Part shown: positions 25,416 through 36,404 of the stretch, piece by piece
Layout of the letters: each line of letters begins with the position of its first letter
Numbering within the stretch: the stretch's first letter is position 1
DNA from: Rhizophagus irregularis
Lineage: Eukaryota
NCBI RefSeq assembly: GCF_026210795.1
Contig: NC_089429.1
Coordinates: 3,782,001-3,846,000, forward strand
Direction: 5' to 3'
DNA: 64,000 nucleotides
Notes under the pieces: model-generated
Told to the model about the DNA's origin: nothing
The model's database searches: none
What the model saw: only the letters and a program-made list of their open reading frames with translations
Program-made: the position numbers and the translations under genes

Positions 25416-26891
25416 ATGAAATCAGGAAATAAATTGAGAGAATCCTCTCGTAAGAAAATTGAGGAATTGCTAATTGAAGGGAATCACAAGCGCAGTGATA
25501 GAAGCCGAAGCTGAAGCAGAAACAACAACAGTAAAACCAACATCAACACCAGCGAAACCATCAATGACGAAGTTAACGTTCTTCAGACTAAGAGATGGCT
25601 TCCTGTAAATTCAAAAATTGAAGGTATTCGCAAATATTTAAGAAATTAATAAAATTATCTTGTAATTAATATTTATTGTAATTATGGTAGATCGATTAAC
25701 AAAGATTGAAAATAAAATCGATACTTTAAGTAAAGAAATACACGAGTTTAAATCCGAATTAAAAAATTTACTTTCTGATAAAATAAATTTGTCATCAAGC
25801 GTTAAAGAATCATTCATAGTGGTAGGAATATCTTTAAAATATTTAATTTTATTATTTATTTACGTTCTAATTATTTTGATTGAAAAATATTTAGTACTGA
25901 ACCATGCGAGTTTTTTCTCTAATTTTACTGAAGACGATTGGATCACGTATTACAACGAGAATATACATAAACAAGTAAGTCCTTATTCGATAACAAAATG
26001 TTTAATAAAATAAAATAAAATATTAAGTATTAACTTTCTTCGTAAAGTTAACAAAACAAGTACGGTCCGTAAGAGGAACATTGTCCTCGAAATCAAGGAA
26101 GGCTATTTTTTCTATATTCGGATCCCGTTTACCACCTATAAACACAAATGCCGGGCCGTCTGAAGTAGCAAAGTGGGAGAGAAAACCCGAAGTTAAAGAT
26201 TGTTTTGAAGGCCTGTTCAAAAAAATGAATCCCAAGGACAAAAATTCTTCAATTGTTTTAGCAAGCATTATTGACAGAGCCCTCCAAAATGACCATTCTA
26301 ATGCAGAACTTGCATATGTTCTTGCGATCTGCTTAACAATTTTAAACCCAAATCATGACGAAATAAGGTGTAAAAAGAATATCATGAAACAAAAAGTTAA
26401 AAAATTTTTAGTAAGTTTGTAATTTTGTAGTAGCATTTAATAAAATATCATTTCATGGCTAATCATATTATTCTTTAAAGAAAAAAATCAACAGTCAAAC
26501 GGGCATAAGATAGACCCCGGATATCTAATATAAAGGTCATAATGGACTTTTGGCCAAAAACACCCCTTTTTGCTGAAACTCAAAAAATCGTTTTTTGTAA
26601 ATATCTCAGCATCCAGTAATTCAATTTTAATGAACTTTTTTTTATTTTGTAGCCCTCATTTAGCTCTACAATTTAAAAAAAGTTCATCAAAATTGGACTA
26701 CTGGATGCCGAGATATTTACAAAAAACGATTTTTTGAGCCCCTGAAAAATGGGCCAATCTGCTGAAAGTGTGACTTATGACCTGTTTTGGAGATATCCGG
26801 GGTCCTCATAAGATATTCCGATTTTGAAAATAATAGCTATGAGGAAGAAGAAAGCGGAAATGAAACTGAAGATGAAGATGATGATGTATAA
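25416..26891 (+). pseudogene. Plavaka accessory gene copy 3 (same TGA, deleted exon-3 start, MITE in last exon)
   Basis: TGA at 25512-25514. The acceptor and start of exon 3 are missing at ~25880. Insertion at 26513-26806. Confidence 0.85.
26513..26806. mobile_element. Foldback MITE with a TSD of up to 9 bp, CATAAGATA (Mutator-like)
   Basis: GACCCCGGATATCT...AGATATCCGGGGTC(CT). CATAAGATA lies at 26504-26512 and 26807-26815. The element is absent from the paralogous position in copies 1 and 2 and has a long internal palindrome. Confidence 0.9.
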
Positions 26892-27539
26892 TAAGGTGAA
26901 TTTTATTGTATGCATAAGATATTTTTTTTTTATTGGTGTGGCAGGACTGGTGAATTTTATGTTTTTGCAATTAATTTGTATATAAAATTTATTAATTTGA
27001 GTTTTTCTCATTTGGCTGATAACTGTTAAACAAATAAAAGCATTTTTATCCATGAAACACAAAATTATTTTTTGATCGCACAAAATTTATCAATTTTGTT
27101 AAAATTCATTTTTTTGTTCCTCTTTCGCAATATTTGGAAAGTTAAATTTATTTCTATCAAGTCTGATGCCGAGTGCCGACCATAAGAAATTATAAATTTG
27201 TGAAAAGTGTTACAAATTAACCTCTAGTTATTTGTTATATTATTTATATAGTATATATTATCAACACGTCATGCATATTTCTCTTAATTTTATATTTATC
27301 ATGCAAGAATTTTTTTTTAATAGTCGAGGTCAGAATTCTTTTTTAGGACTCTACCAAAATCATATAATTTGACTCACAGATTACGAATTAATTTTATAAA
27401 TCTAGTAAATTTGATAAATTAACCTATTATGGCATATACATGTGTTCATGTGATCATCTAAAAATAGCTAAACACGAATTAAATAAACAAACTTAATATT
27501 CTCTATACGCTTTATTTTGCAAGGACCGCTCATTGTACA

Positions 27540-29095
27540 TTTGCGTAGCAGAAGATTAGCAGAAGTATCATGGAAAGTATTTATATATATTCATAGGCTT
27601 TATGAATATTTATAATATTAATAAATTATACATGAAAAAGCTTTGCAACAGCTGCTGGAAAAATGAACGCGTACTTTCAATATAGTAGAAGTATGGAAGT
27701 TATTTATATTTCATAATTTCATTAATATTCGTAGGTTTATGACTATTTCATAATATTAATAATTGTTCATGGAAAGTTTTGCATACAATATAATGGTAAA
27801 GGTATGGAAAGTATTTATACTCTATAATTTAACTATTTTATACAATATTAATAATTATAACTGTTGGTCTAACTTTTGAACTTATAAAGTAAAAATAAAA
27901 TTAACGCGTGCTCTCAATGTAGTAGTGTAGAAGGAATGGAAGGTATTTGTACTTTGTAATTTCGTTAATGTGTTTACGTCTTTTTTATAAAAAATATTAA
28001 TAATCACGCATAATGAACTGTTGGTTTAACTTTTTGAACTTGTAGAAATAAAGTTAACGCGTGCTTTCAATGTAGTAATGTAGAAGGAATGGAAGGTATT
28101 TGTACTTTATAATTTCGTTAATGTTCGTATGTTTACATCTTTTTTATAAAATATTAATAATCACATAAAATGACAACTGTTGGCCCAACTTATTGAACTT
28201 GAATATTCGTTGATGCAGAAATGAATTTAACGCTCTCAACGTAGTAGTGTAGAAGGAATGGAAGGTATGTACTTCACGATTTCGTTAATGTTTGTATGTT
28301 TACGTCTTTTTTTATAAAAAATATTAATAATCACGCATATTGAAACTGTTGGTTTAACTTTTTGAACTTGTAGAAATAAAGTTAACGCGTGCTCTCAACG
28401 TAATAGTGTAGAAGAGATGGAAGGTATGTATTCCTTAATTTCGTTAATGTTCGTAGGTTTACAACTTTTTAATAATAATTACAACTGTTGGTCCAACTTT
28501 TTGAACTTGTAATTGTTTGTTTGACGTAGTAGTGTAGAAGGAATGGAAGGTATGTACTTCACGATTTCGTTAATGTTTGTATGTTTACGTCTTTTTTATA
28601 AAAAATATTAATAATCACGCATATTGAAACTGTTAGTTTAACTTTTTGAACTTATAGAAATAAAGTTAACGCGTACTCTTAACGTAATAGTGTAGAAGGG
28701 ATAGAAGGTATGTATTCCTTAATTTCGTTAATGTTCGTATGTTTACGACTTTTTAATAATAATCACAACTGTTTGGTCCAACTTTTTGAACTTGTAATGT
28801 TTGTTTGATGTAGAGATGAATTTAACGCATGTTCTCAACGTAATAGTGTAGAAGGAGTGGAAGGTATGTACCTCACAATTTCGTTAATGTTCGTAAGTTT
28901 ACTTTTTTTTTTATAAAAAATATTAATAATCACGCATAATGATAACTGTTGGTCTAACTTTTGATCTTGTAATATTCGTTGATGCAGAAATGAATTTAAC
29001 ACATGCTATCAACGTAGCAATGTAAAAGGACTGAAGGTATGTACTTCATAATTTCGTTAATGTTCGTATGACTTTATTACAATTATGTTTATAGG
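27540..29095 (+). repeat. Tandem array of exon+intron-like units (~130-170 bp, ~9-11 copies)
   Basis: Unit: ..GTGTAGAAGGAATGGAAG|gtatgt or gtattt ... gttggt(c/t)taac..ttgtag or atgcag|AAAT..TTAACGCG. Confidence 0.8.
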
Positions 29096-29469
29096 TTAAG
29101 TTTTAATAACAATTTGTCTTTACAACACATCCTTTTGATATTAACAAATAATGTTATCCAAATGACTTTTATTTTATAATATCAGATATAGCAAAATATT
29201 AATCACAGATGAAATAGAAGTGAAGTTGAAAAATAAAAAGTCAAAGAACGAAAGTCAAATAAATGAAGATGAGTGACAAATAAGATTAAAAAAATTCTAT
29301 TGACAAGATTGAACGCAATATTATGATAGTTTTAAATACAAATTATTTATTGCAGCTATATTTTGAATAAAAATACAAAAATTACATAAATTTATAAAAT
29401 ATTACGTGTAAGTTACAGTGAAAAATGTTATTTTGTAATTACATATATTAATCACTTGAATTTGTGAAA

Positions 29470-30075
29470 AAAGTTCACGAAATAATAATATTTTGGAAAA
29501 GTTTCGAAATATTGTACCGTAAACCTGCAAAATTCTGCGATGTAAAATTACGAAATGTTATACTTTCGGAAAAGTTTCAAAATATTATACCGTAAACCTA
29601 CGAAATTCTGCGATGTAAAATTATGAAATATTATACCTTCAGAAAAGTTTCGAAATATTATACCATAAACCTACGAAATCCTACGACGTAAAATTACGAA
29701 ATATTACATTTTCGAAAAGTTTTGAAATATTGCACCCGTAAACCTACGAAAATCCTACGACGTAAAATTATGAAATATTACACTTTCGAAAAGTTTCGAA
29801 ATATTGCACCCGTAAACCTACGAAAATCCCATGACGTAAAATTACGAAATATTACACTTTCGAAAAGTTTCGAAATATTGCACCGTAAATCTAAGAAATT
29901 CTACGATGTAAAATTTACATACATGGCAATATTACACTGTAATTCTACGAAATATTACGCGTAAACTTACGAAATATTGCGTTGAAATTACGAAATATTA
30001 CTGTTGCGTAATTTTTCGAAGGTCATGTAAATTTACGGAGTATTTCACAGGCGTAAATTTTCGTAATATTACGTC
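29470..30075. repeat. Right subterminal repeats of the Plavaka element (~71-bp unit)
   Basis: aaagtttcgaaatattgcaccgtaaacctacgaaa..acgtaaaattacgaaatatta is repeated. Confidence 0.9.
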
Positions 30076-30964
30076 GTATTCAATTTGCAGATGGAATCAG
30101 TTCTACAAAAGTAATTACAGTTGTAGAAGACTTAAAGTAGTTATAGACAAACAAACTTGATGATATAACTGCTATAAGAAAAAATATACTGCTTGGAAAG
30201 ATTACTACCTTACGTTTCAACATAAGTGTTTACTTTCTTTTAACAAATAAAAAGTTAAGCCTAAATTGCTTAACAATTTTCAAAAATGGAAAGCAGCTAC
30301 TCTAGATGCATATCGGGCTGTTGACTTTACTAAAAAAGGTTATTATAAAGAAATCACTTATCTAGAGTATCCTTTGGTAAGATGTATTCGCCTTCAGAAG
30401 AATGTTTTCTTTTGGACTGATTATAAAACTTATGACAGAAAATATTATCCACCTTATAAGTATGGATATACAAAGAAAAAATTGGTCTTTAATATTTAGT
30501 TTTAACTTCATTAGTGATTTCTTATTGTAATTTTTGTTTTTATTTAAGATTTTATAATATATCTACAATTTATTTTTTTTTCTTTCTTCTTGTGAAACAA
30601 TTTAAAATCATTAAAATCATTCTACTCATGATAGTATTGACAGGTAGTATTCTTCAGAATAAAGGTAAATACAGGTTTCAAACGAAATTGTTAGTTCTTT
30701 TAATAAGTGGTCTCGTTAGCGAACATTTAACATAGGGTTGGTCTGAGTAATTGTAAAGCTTATCTTAGTTGGTTTTTGCTTTGTGATGAAAACTATTTGG
30801 GCAGTATGTTTTACTTTAAGTTCATTATGTATCACTTTTTATTTATAACTAGTATATAGAATTTAATAAAGTTTAATAAACAACGTACGATTTCAATTTG
30901 AAGTCACTTTGCCGTAAAAAAAAAAGAAACCTTTCAGAATTTCCTTTTTAGTTTTACAGGCAAC

Positions 30965-31140
30965 TTTACGTTATTCCCTTAAAAATTAATACGCAAAGTA
31001 CATAACAAACGTTTTTTCTCTTCTGGTCTTGATTGATGCTAATGTATCTTTACCATTCAAATATGCTTCTATTGATTTAAACTGTTTTTCTCACAACTGA
31101 TTATATCCAAACACTTGTTTTGCAGCTAATAATATTATTT
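30965..31140 (-). pseudogene. RecQ-like helicase N-terminal fragment (motif 0 and decayed Walker A)
   Basis: AAKQVFGYNQL*EKQFKSIEAYLNGKDTLASIKT(RRE)KT then, after a frameshift, CYVLCVLIFKGIT. This fits RecQ FGY..LR..Q...I...L.GKD.....TGGGK.LCY with G>A decay. Confidence 0.7.
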
Positions 31141-32519
31141 CTTTTAAATTGAAAGAATGCTATTCACCAACAGGAATATAATTTTTATTCAACAAGCATT
31201 CTCACCAACCTATTAAAACATAAAATAAACACAAAAAATATAAATTAGCCACAGTTTTCTTACGAAATGCGGAACAATCTTGACTCTTGATAATTACATC
31301 AAAATCTGAAATTAATTTCGCAAAGGAGGGATAAAATGCATTGACTTGTATTTTTTCTTCTGCCTGGCATTTGTATGGAATTAATTGTACAAATATGCAA
31401 ATATGTTAGATAAATAAAACAAATTAAATAAAATCAACTATAAAAATTAACCTGACTAAAGTCAAAACCTTGCAACTTCTGACATTCATTAGCATAATTT
31501 ACAGAACGTTCTTAGTTGCGTTTATCTATAATATTGCGATTATAACATAATTGACTTTGACGTTTACCAACAAATTTACATTATGTTGATCATCATGTAA
31601 ATTAAAATCACGTAACTGACAAGCTTTGTGAATAGTGCTCATTATACAATTGAGATTCTCATTGTTGTTTACAACCGCTAGTGTATGGCATGCTGTATAA
31701 GATGCCTAAAAATCAATTCGTTTATCTAAAAATTGTAAAATTTTTTGGTTGAAAGCTTCATCATAAGTTGTTAATCGAATAATCACATGACCGGCGATCA
31801 TATTACGAATGTTACGAATGTTACGAATGTTGCAAATGTTACGAATGTTTAATATGTTTAACATGTTAAACATATGCAACATATTAAATATATAACACAT
31901 ATTTAACATATTACATTTGTTAAATATATAGCATTTATTTAATATTCTTAACATGATTAGCATAGAATTTATTGTTATAAATACATGCGTTCTAAATCAA
32001 TGTAATAATAGATAATTCTGTTATATTTTAATAAAGCATTTATTAAATAAATTATCTCATTGTTTATTTTTCATAATTGTTATATTTTGTGAGTCAATAT
32101 TGCGTCTGAGTGTATATGCCCGTGTGTGCAATACCGTATTCGCATTTGACTGAATTTTACATTTTATTTTATTGTGTAACCTTCGTAAATTGATCAACAG
32201 TGATATATTTATTAATATTTACATATAGTTATTTTCACTTTTCATTCATTAATATTATTTAACACTTATTTTATTCAATTATCCTTCTGCTTACCATACA
32301 CCCATACGCTTATTTTTATAAACATACAAGAACTGGCTTAACAGTATTAAATAACAAGACTTTGTTGTATAGGAAGCTTAAAAATTGTCGAAAGAATTTA
32401 ACAGAATCCTTCAATCTCTTTGTTGTAAAGGATTGTAATATTGGAAATTGCAATTGTAACTCTACATTTTCTTTATGCCAGCAAACTTCCTTTCAACAAA
32501 CACAGGTCGAAATATGAAA

Positions 32520-33290
32520 AATCAGTCACCAATCGGTCATATGACCGATTGGTGACTGGTTGGAAGCTGATTGGTTACCTATTAGTGACCGATTCTTTCA
32601 ATCTGTTACCAATCAGTCACAAATCAGGCATAAATTGCCAATTAATCACCAATCGGTCATATGACCGATTGGTGACTGATTGGTGACTGATTGGTTGCCG
32701 ATTTATTTACAATATTTGATTTACGTATTAAAGTTAAAAAATTAGCATTATAGTCTTGTAAAGCAAGTCAAATTATACTTAATCTGAGCTTTTGAGTTTG
32801 TTCTGATAAATATATTAAGTTTATTATTGACAATCAGTCACCAATCGGTCACCAATCTGACATAACCGATTGGTGACTGATTGGTTACTGATTGGTTTAC
32901 AATATTTGATTTACATATTAAAGTTATAAAATTAGCATTATAGTCTTGTAAAGCAAGTCAAATTATACTTAATCTGAGCTTTTGAGTTTGTTCTGATAAA
33001 TATATTAAGTTTATTATTAACAATCAGTCACCAATCGGTCACCAATCGGTCACCAATCTGACATAGCCGATTGGTGACTGATTGGTTACTGATTGGTTTA
33101 CAATATTTGATTTACGTATTAAAGTTAAAAAATTAGCATTATAGTCTTGTAAAGCAAGTCAAATTATACTTAATCTGAGCTTTTGAGTTTGTTCTGATAA
33201 ATATATTAAGTTTATTATTAACAATCAGTCACCAATCGGTCACCAATCTGATATAAGCGATTGGTGACCAATTGGTTACTGATTGGTTTG
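32520..33290. repeat. Left subterminal repeats of element A (~190-bp units containing GTCACCAATCG palindromic blocks)
   Basis: Three near-identical copies of tacaatatttgatttac..aagcaagtcaaattatac..caatcagtcaccaatcgg..ccgattggtgactgattgg. Confidence 0.9.
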
Positions 33291-33731
33291 CAATTCAGGA
33301 TTTTTATTTATTACTTTAATATGTAAAACACTAGTCGAACGATGTCAAATCGGGGACTAATCAGGTGACCGAATTCCACCCGATTGGTCCCTATTTTTTA
33401 AAAAATTTTCATCAATCGGTAAACCCGATTGCTGCCAAAAGATGGCGTAAAAGGAGGATACTCAGGTACCAATCGGGATATTCAATAGAGTACAATCGGG
33501 TATTAATAGTTACCAATAGAATATTTACTATTTGACATATCAGTATACCGATTTATAGCTTTTTGATAAATTTATAACAATAAGAAATCTTCCGATTGCC
33601 ATACATTTTTATTTAAAAATTTACGAAAATTTACGATTTTATTTAAAAATTTACGATTTTATTTAAAATATTTAAAATATTTAATATACTAAAAAATCGG
33701 TTTTATTGAAATACCGATATTGCTAAAATTG

Positions 33732-35241
33732 TTATTTATATAATTTGACTACTCCACTATTCGCTGCTGATACTATCATATTCAGAGGAAACAACACTAA
33801 CAACTCTTTTATTTTTATTTTGATCCTCTTCTTCGTCTTCCTGATTTTCTTCTTCGTCTTCTTGATTTACTTCAATTTCTTCTTGATTTTCGTCAACTTC
33901 TTCTTGATTTTCGTCAACAACTTCTTGATTTTCATCTTCTCCGGCCTGATCATCTTCTTCTGGTGGATCCTGGTTTTCGTCAGCTTCTTCTGGAGGAGAG
34001 CATTTATTTTTACTATATTTCTCGATAAGCTGTTTTAGGGATCCATTGTAGCCGTCTTTGGTCCATCGTAAGGCGTTAATTGGTGCATCAATTTTGTTAG
34101 TTGCGTAATTACTATACTCCCGATTTCTTACACGTCGAGACTTTGATGAAGCCGCACTATCGACATAATTTCAAAAAAATGTACGTAGTAACGTAGCTAT
34201 ACAAATAAAAATAGTATTAAATTAAGATACACCGATTGGTAAAAATTACTCGAATACTTACAGAAGACGATCTCCATTTGAGATCCCGGATGACGATCTT
34301 ACGTTTGTTTGGATTGTCTTCATCGGTCTCTGATTCCTCCAGACTGTGGTATCGATTTTCGGTCCGAACAGGTCGGAGCTCATCATCGTAGAATTTATCT
34401 ACCAATCGGTCCTTTAACGTGGTTAGTTTGTCGATGATTTTTGATCTTCTTTCACGTTTCTAAATAAATAATAGGAAATATTTATTAATAAGAAAAGGTA
34501 ATATCACTGAACAGGTCGGAGCTCGTCATCGTAGAATTTATCTACCAATCGGTCCTTTAACGTGGTTAGTTTGTCGATGATTTTTGATCTTCTTTCACGT
34601 TTCTAAATAAATAATAGGAAATATTTATTAATAAGAAAAGGTAATATCAAACAAAATAATTTAATATTTACATCACTTCATCGGGAATTTGCGTGCCGCC
34701 TTCTTTTATCATTTTCTACCCAATTTGCACCTCGTCTTGCATTAAGAAGTTCTTCCTGTTGGTGCCGATGACGTTCATGAATGACATGTTTAATGATGCC
34801 ATCGGTCACTGGGAAGAACTTCTTATTAATTGATTTTTGAACAACCGGGATGATATTATTCACTTTTTTTTGTTGACTTTCAAAGGTTTTTTTTATATTT
34901 AGACTTTTATCGTCTGGAAGTCGATCCATTATTCTGACTATTTCGCCCTAATCGTGAGATTATCATAATTGATTAGCAGCAATTCAGATAATTAAAACGA
35001 ATTAAAATAAAATACGGTACTCTTAAAGCATTCCTCTGATCCCTATTCATTTCTTCGTAATGAAGAAATGATGATGAATTTGAGGATGGTGCCGATTTTG
35101 AGGATGGTGAAAATGAAGTTGATGAAGATGAAGAGGAAGAGGATGGAGATGGAGATGGAGATAGTCTGCTTCGCACGCTTTTTAACGATCCCAGTATACC
35201 GTATTTTTGCACATATTTAGGCTTATTCAATGACCTGGTCA
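33732..35241 (-). pseudogene. Element A accessory gene, 3' part
   Basis: Spliced translation ..VTRSLNKPK..RNALR|GEIVRIMDRLPDDKSLNIKKTFESQ..HERHRHQ..RRRHANSR|KRERRSKII..YHSLEESETDEDNPNKRKIVIRDLKWRSSS|..acidic tail. Confidence 0.8.
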
Positions 35242-35734
35242 CACACGTCAAATAAGTAAAAATCGGTCAAATATCGGACTGCCGATTTTTGGCTGTATTT
35301 GTCCGATTCGTGGCTTTATTCAGCCGATTTTATGGCGCGAATTGCTAAAAATAGAAATTCCTCTTTTTAATGACAAAAAATAGGAATGCCGCATTTTAAA
35401 CCATCATGCCGATTCAAACAATAATCGGACTGCCTACTTGTAAATAAATTTACAAAATATCATCACAATCAGACTGCCGGCATGAAAATAAACATGCTGA
35501 TTCATAACATATAGAAGTGCCGATTTTTAAATCAGAACAACAAACATTTTATATTACCTGCCGATTCTTCAATAATCTCCCAAATCGGACTGCCTATTGT
35601 ACCGATTCATATAATAATTTTTCAAAAAATAAGTGCCGATTTATAAATTGGCACAACAGACTTACACTACCATGCAGATTCATGCAGTAATCATCCAAAA
35701 TCGGACTGCGATAATCATGCCATTCTCACAAATA

Positions 35735-36220
35735 GAAATGCCGATATATAGATCAGTAAGAACAATACTTAAAATAACATATGCCTGTTTTTATTTCGAT
35801 CACAAATAGATTTGAAAAGGAATGCCGATTCATAGATCGGTAAGAGCAATACTTAAAATAACATATGCCTGTTTTTATTTCGATCACAAATAGATTTGAA
35901 AAGGAATGCCGATTCATAGATCAGTAAGAACAATACTTAAAATAACATATGCCTGTTTTTATTTCGATCACAAATAGTTTTGAAAAGGAATGCCGATTCA
36001 TAGATCGGTAAGAGCAATACTTAAAATAACATATGCCTGTTTTTATTTCGATCACAAATAGATTTGAAAAGGAATGCCGATTCATAGATCAGTAAGAACA
36101 ATACTTAAAATAACATATGCCTGTTTTTATTTCGATCACAAATAGATTTGAATAGAAATGCCGATTCATAGATCAGTAAGAGCAATACTTAAAATAATCT
36201 ATGCCTGTTTTTATTTCGAG
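35735..36220. repeat. 84-bp tandem repeat (~5.7 copies), left subterminal region of element B
   Basis: aatgccgattcatagatc(a/g)gtaaga recurs at 84-bp spacing (35821, 35905...). Confidence 0.93.
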
Positions 36221-36404
36221 TAAGCCAGAATCTTTCTATTTTTGATTTTTTCGTAATTCATCATTACCCGTTTTTTTCTATTATTGACCGATTTTAATTT
36301 ATATGAACACATTGTAATATACGTTTTTTTATTTTGCAGTTTATGATATATTTATTATTATATTCTTGCTATATTTATTATTACTATGTGCTATAATCAT
36401 CTTA

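Larger units (their letters stand above)
18335..27110 (+). repeat. Tandem triplication of a ~2.8-3.1 kb cassette (repeat array plus accessory gene)
   Basis: The marker aattgttc(c/t)att..tattggttagactg occurs at ~18338, ~21265 and ~24331. Each unit ends with ttgttaaaattcat. Confidence 0.95.
10803..30093 (+). mobile_element. Full-length Plavaka (CMC/EnSpm-related) DNA transposon, 19.3 kb, 2-bp TSD GA
   Basis: The left end CATCAGAAATTTAAACACGGCATAATGTTCCGTAAGTTTACG matches the reverse complement of the right end CATCTGCAAATTGAATACGACGTAATATTACGAAAATTTACG at 31/42 positions. GA lies at 10801-10802 and 30094-30095. Both ends have TTACG/CGTAA-rich subterminal repeats, and there is an internal Plavaka transposase. 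Confidence 0.88.
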
